A DNA stretch of 64,000 bases from Macrostomum lignano (Eukaryota), in assembly GCA_002269645.1 (NCBI GenBank), contig NIVC01001537.1, forward strand, positions 124,001 to 188,000, in the 5' to 3' direction. A program made the translations under genes and the position numbers. This document shows, piece by piece, positions 55,419-64,000 of this stretch. The notes beneath the pieces were generated by a model. It was given only the letters and a program-made list of their open reading frames with translations, searched no databases and had not been told where the DNA came from. Position 1 is the first letter of the stretch; each line of letters starts with the position of its first letter.

Positions 55419-55904
55419 ACACGAGCAAGCTTTCAAAAATGACTAAACTCAAAAAACTCGAATACATTTCATGAAAATCAAAAAATCAGAGAAACAAAAA
55501 CAACAAAACGATGCGTATTTTGCTTTTTTTTCAAAACAATTGACTGTCTATAACTAGGAGAATTTCAACACGGCTTGCCGCTTTCAATCAAAAAGATGAC
55601 ACAAAAACACATTGAAGAAAAAGAGAGAGAAATGCTTTGAACAATTTGTAAATAAAAGCCCCTGAAAAAGCTAATAAATATTGAGGCCAAAAATTGGTTC
55701 TTGGAAGAAAAAAGAGTAAGTGGACATTTTAAATATGGCTATTATTAATTTGATAAAGATATTAGATTATTGGATGAGAAAAAACTGTTTAGTAAACAGC
55801 GCCAGATATTAGCTGAAGATTGACAACTGCAAACAAACAGGTAGTGAACAAGCCCTTTTAGTTAGTGAGGGACAAACAGCTGTCAGTGTCTTTTAGCACT
55901 TGGC

Positions 55905-64000
<8,096 letters not shown>

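Overview
Eukaryotic, intron-containing animal DNA. GC-rich exons, poly-Ala/Gln tracts and introns filled with minisatellites suggest a free-living flatworm such as Macrostomum; this is inference, not established from the sequence. I reconstructed these genes by hand from splice sites and reading-frame phases: an intronless precursor of three NPY/NPF-type peptides (982-1395, -), CWF19L1 (3 exons, -), a tetraspanin (5 exons, +), an orphan Pro/Gln-rich ORF (-), a 3xIg+FN3 cell-surface protein (8 exons, -), a Cys-loop ligand-binding-domain-only AChBP-like gene (3 exons, -), a DUF1330-like gene (2 exons, -), a small 2-TM protein (+), and the 3' part of a long coiled-coil gene (-). Mobile DNA comprises a tandem LTR-internal-LTR-internal-LTR Ty3/Gypsy (Mag-like) element with one 5-bp TSD, whose intact ORF has Gag, protease and integrase but no RT/RNase H, plus a 282-bp hAT-type MITE and a Tc1 transposase relic. 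Most long ORFs in the supplied track are translations of tandem repeats. The strongest leads are the RT-less tandem LTR element, the putative soluble AChBP with a shortened Cys-loop, and the triple NPF precursor.
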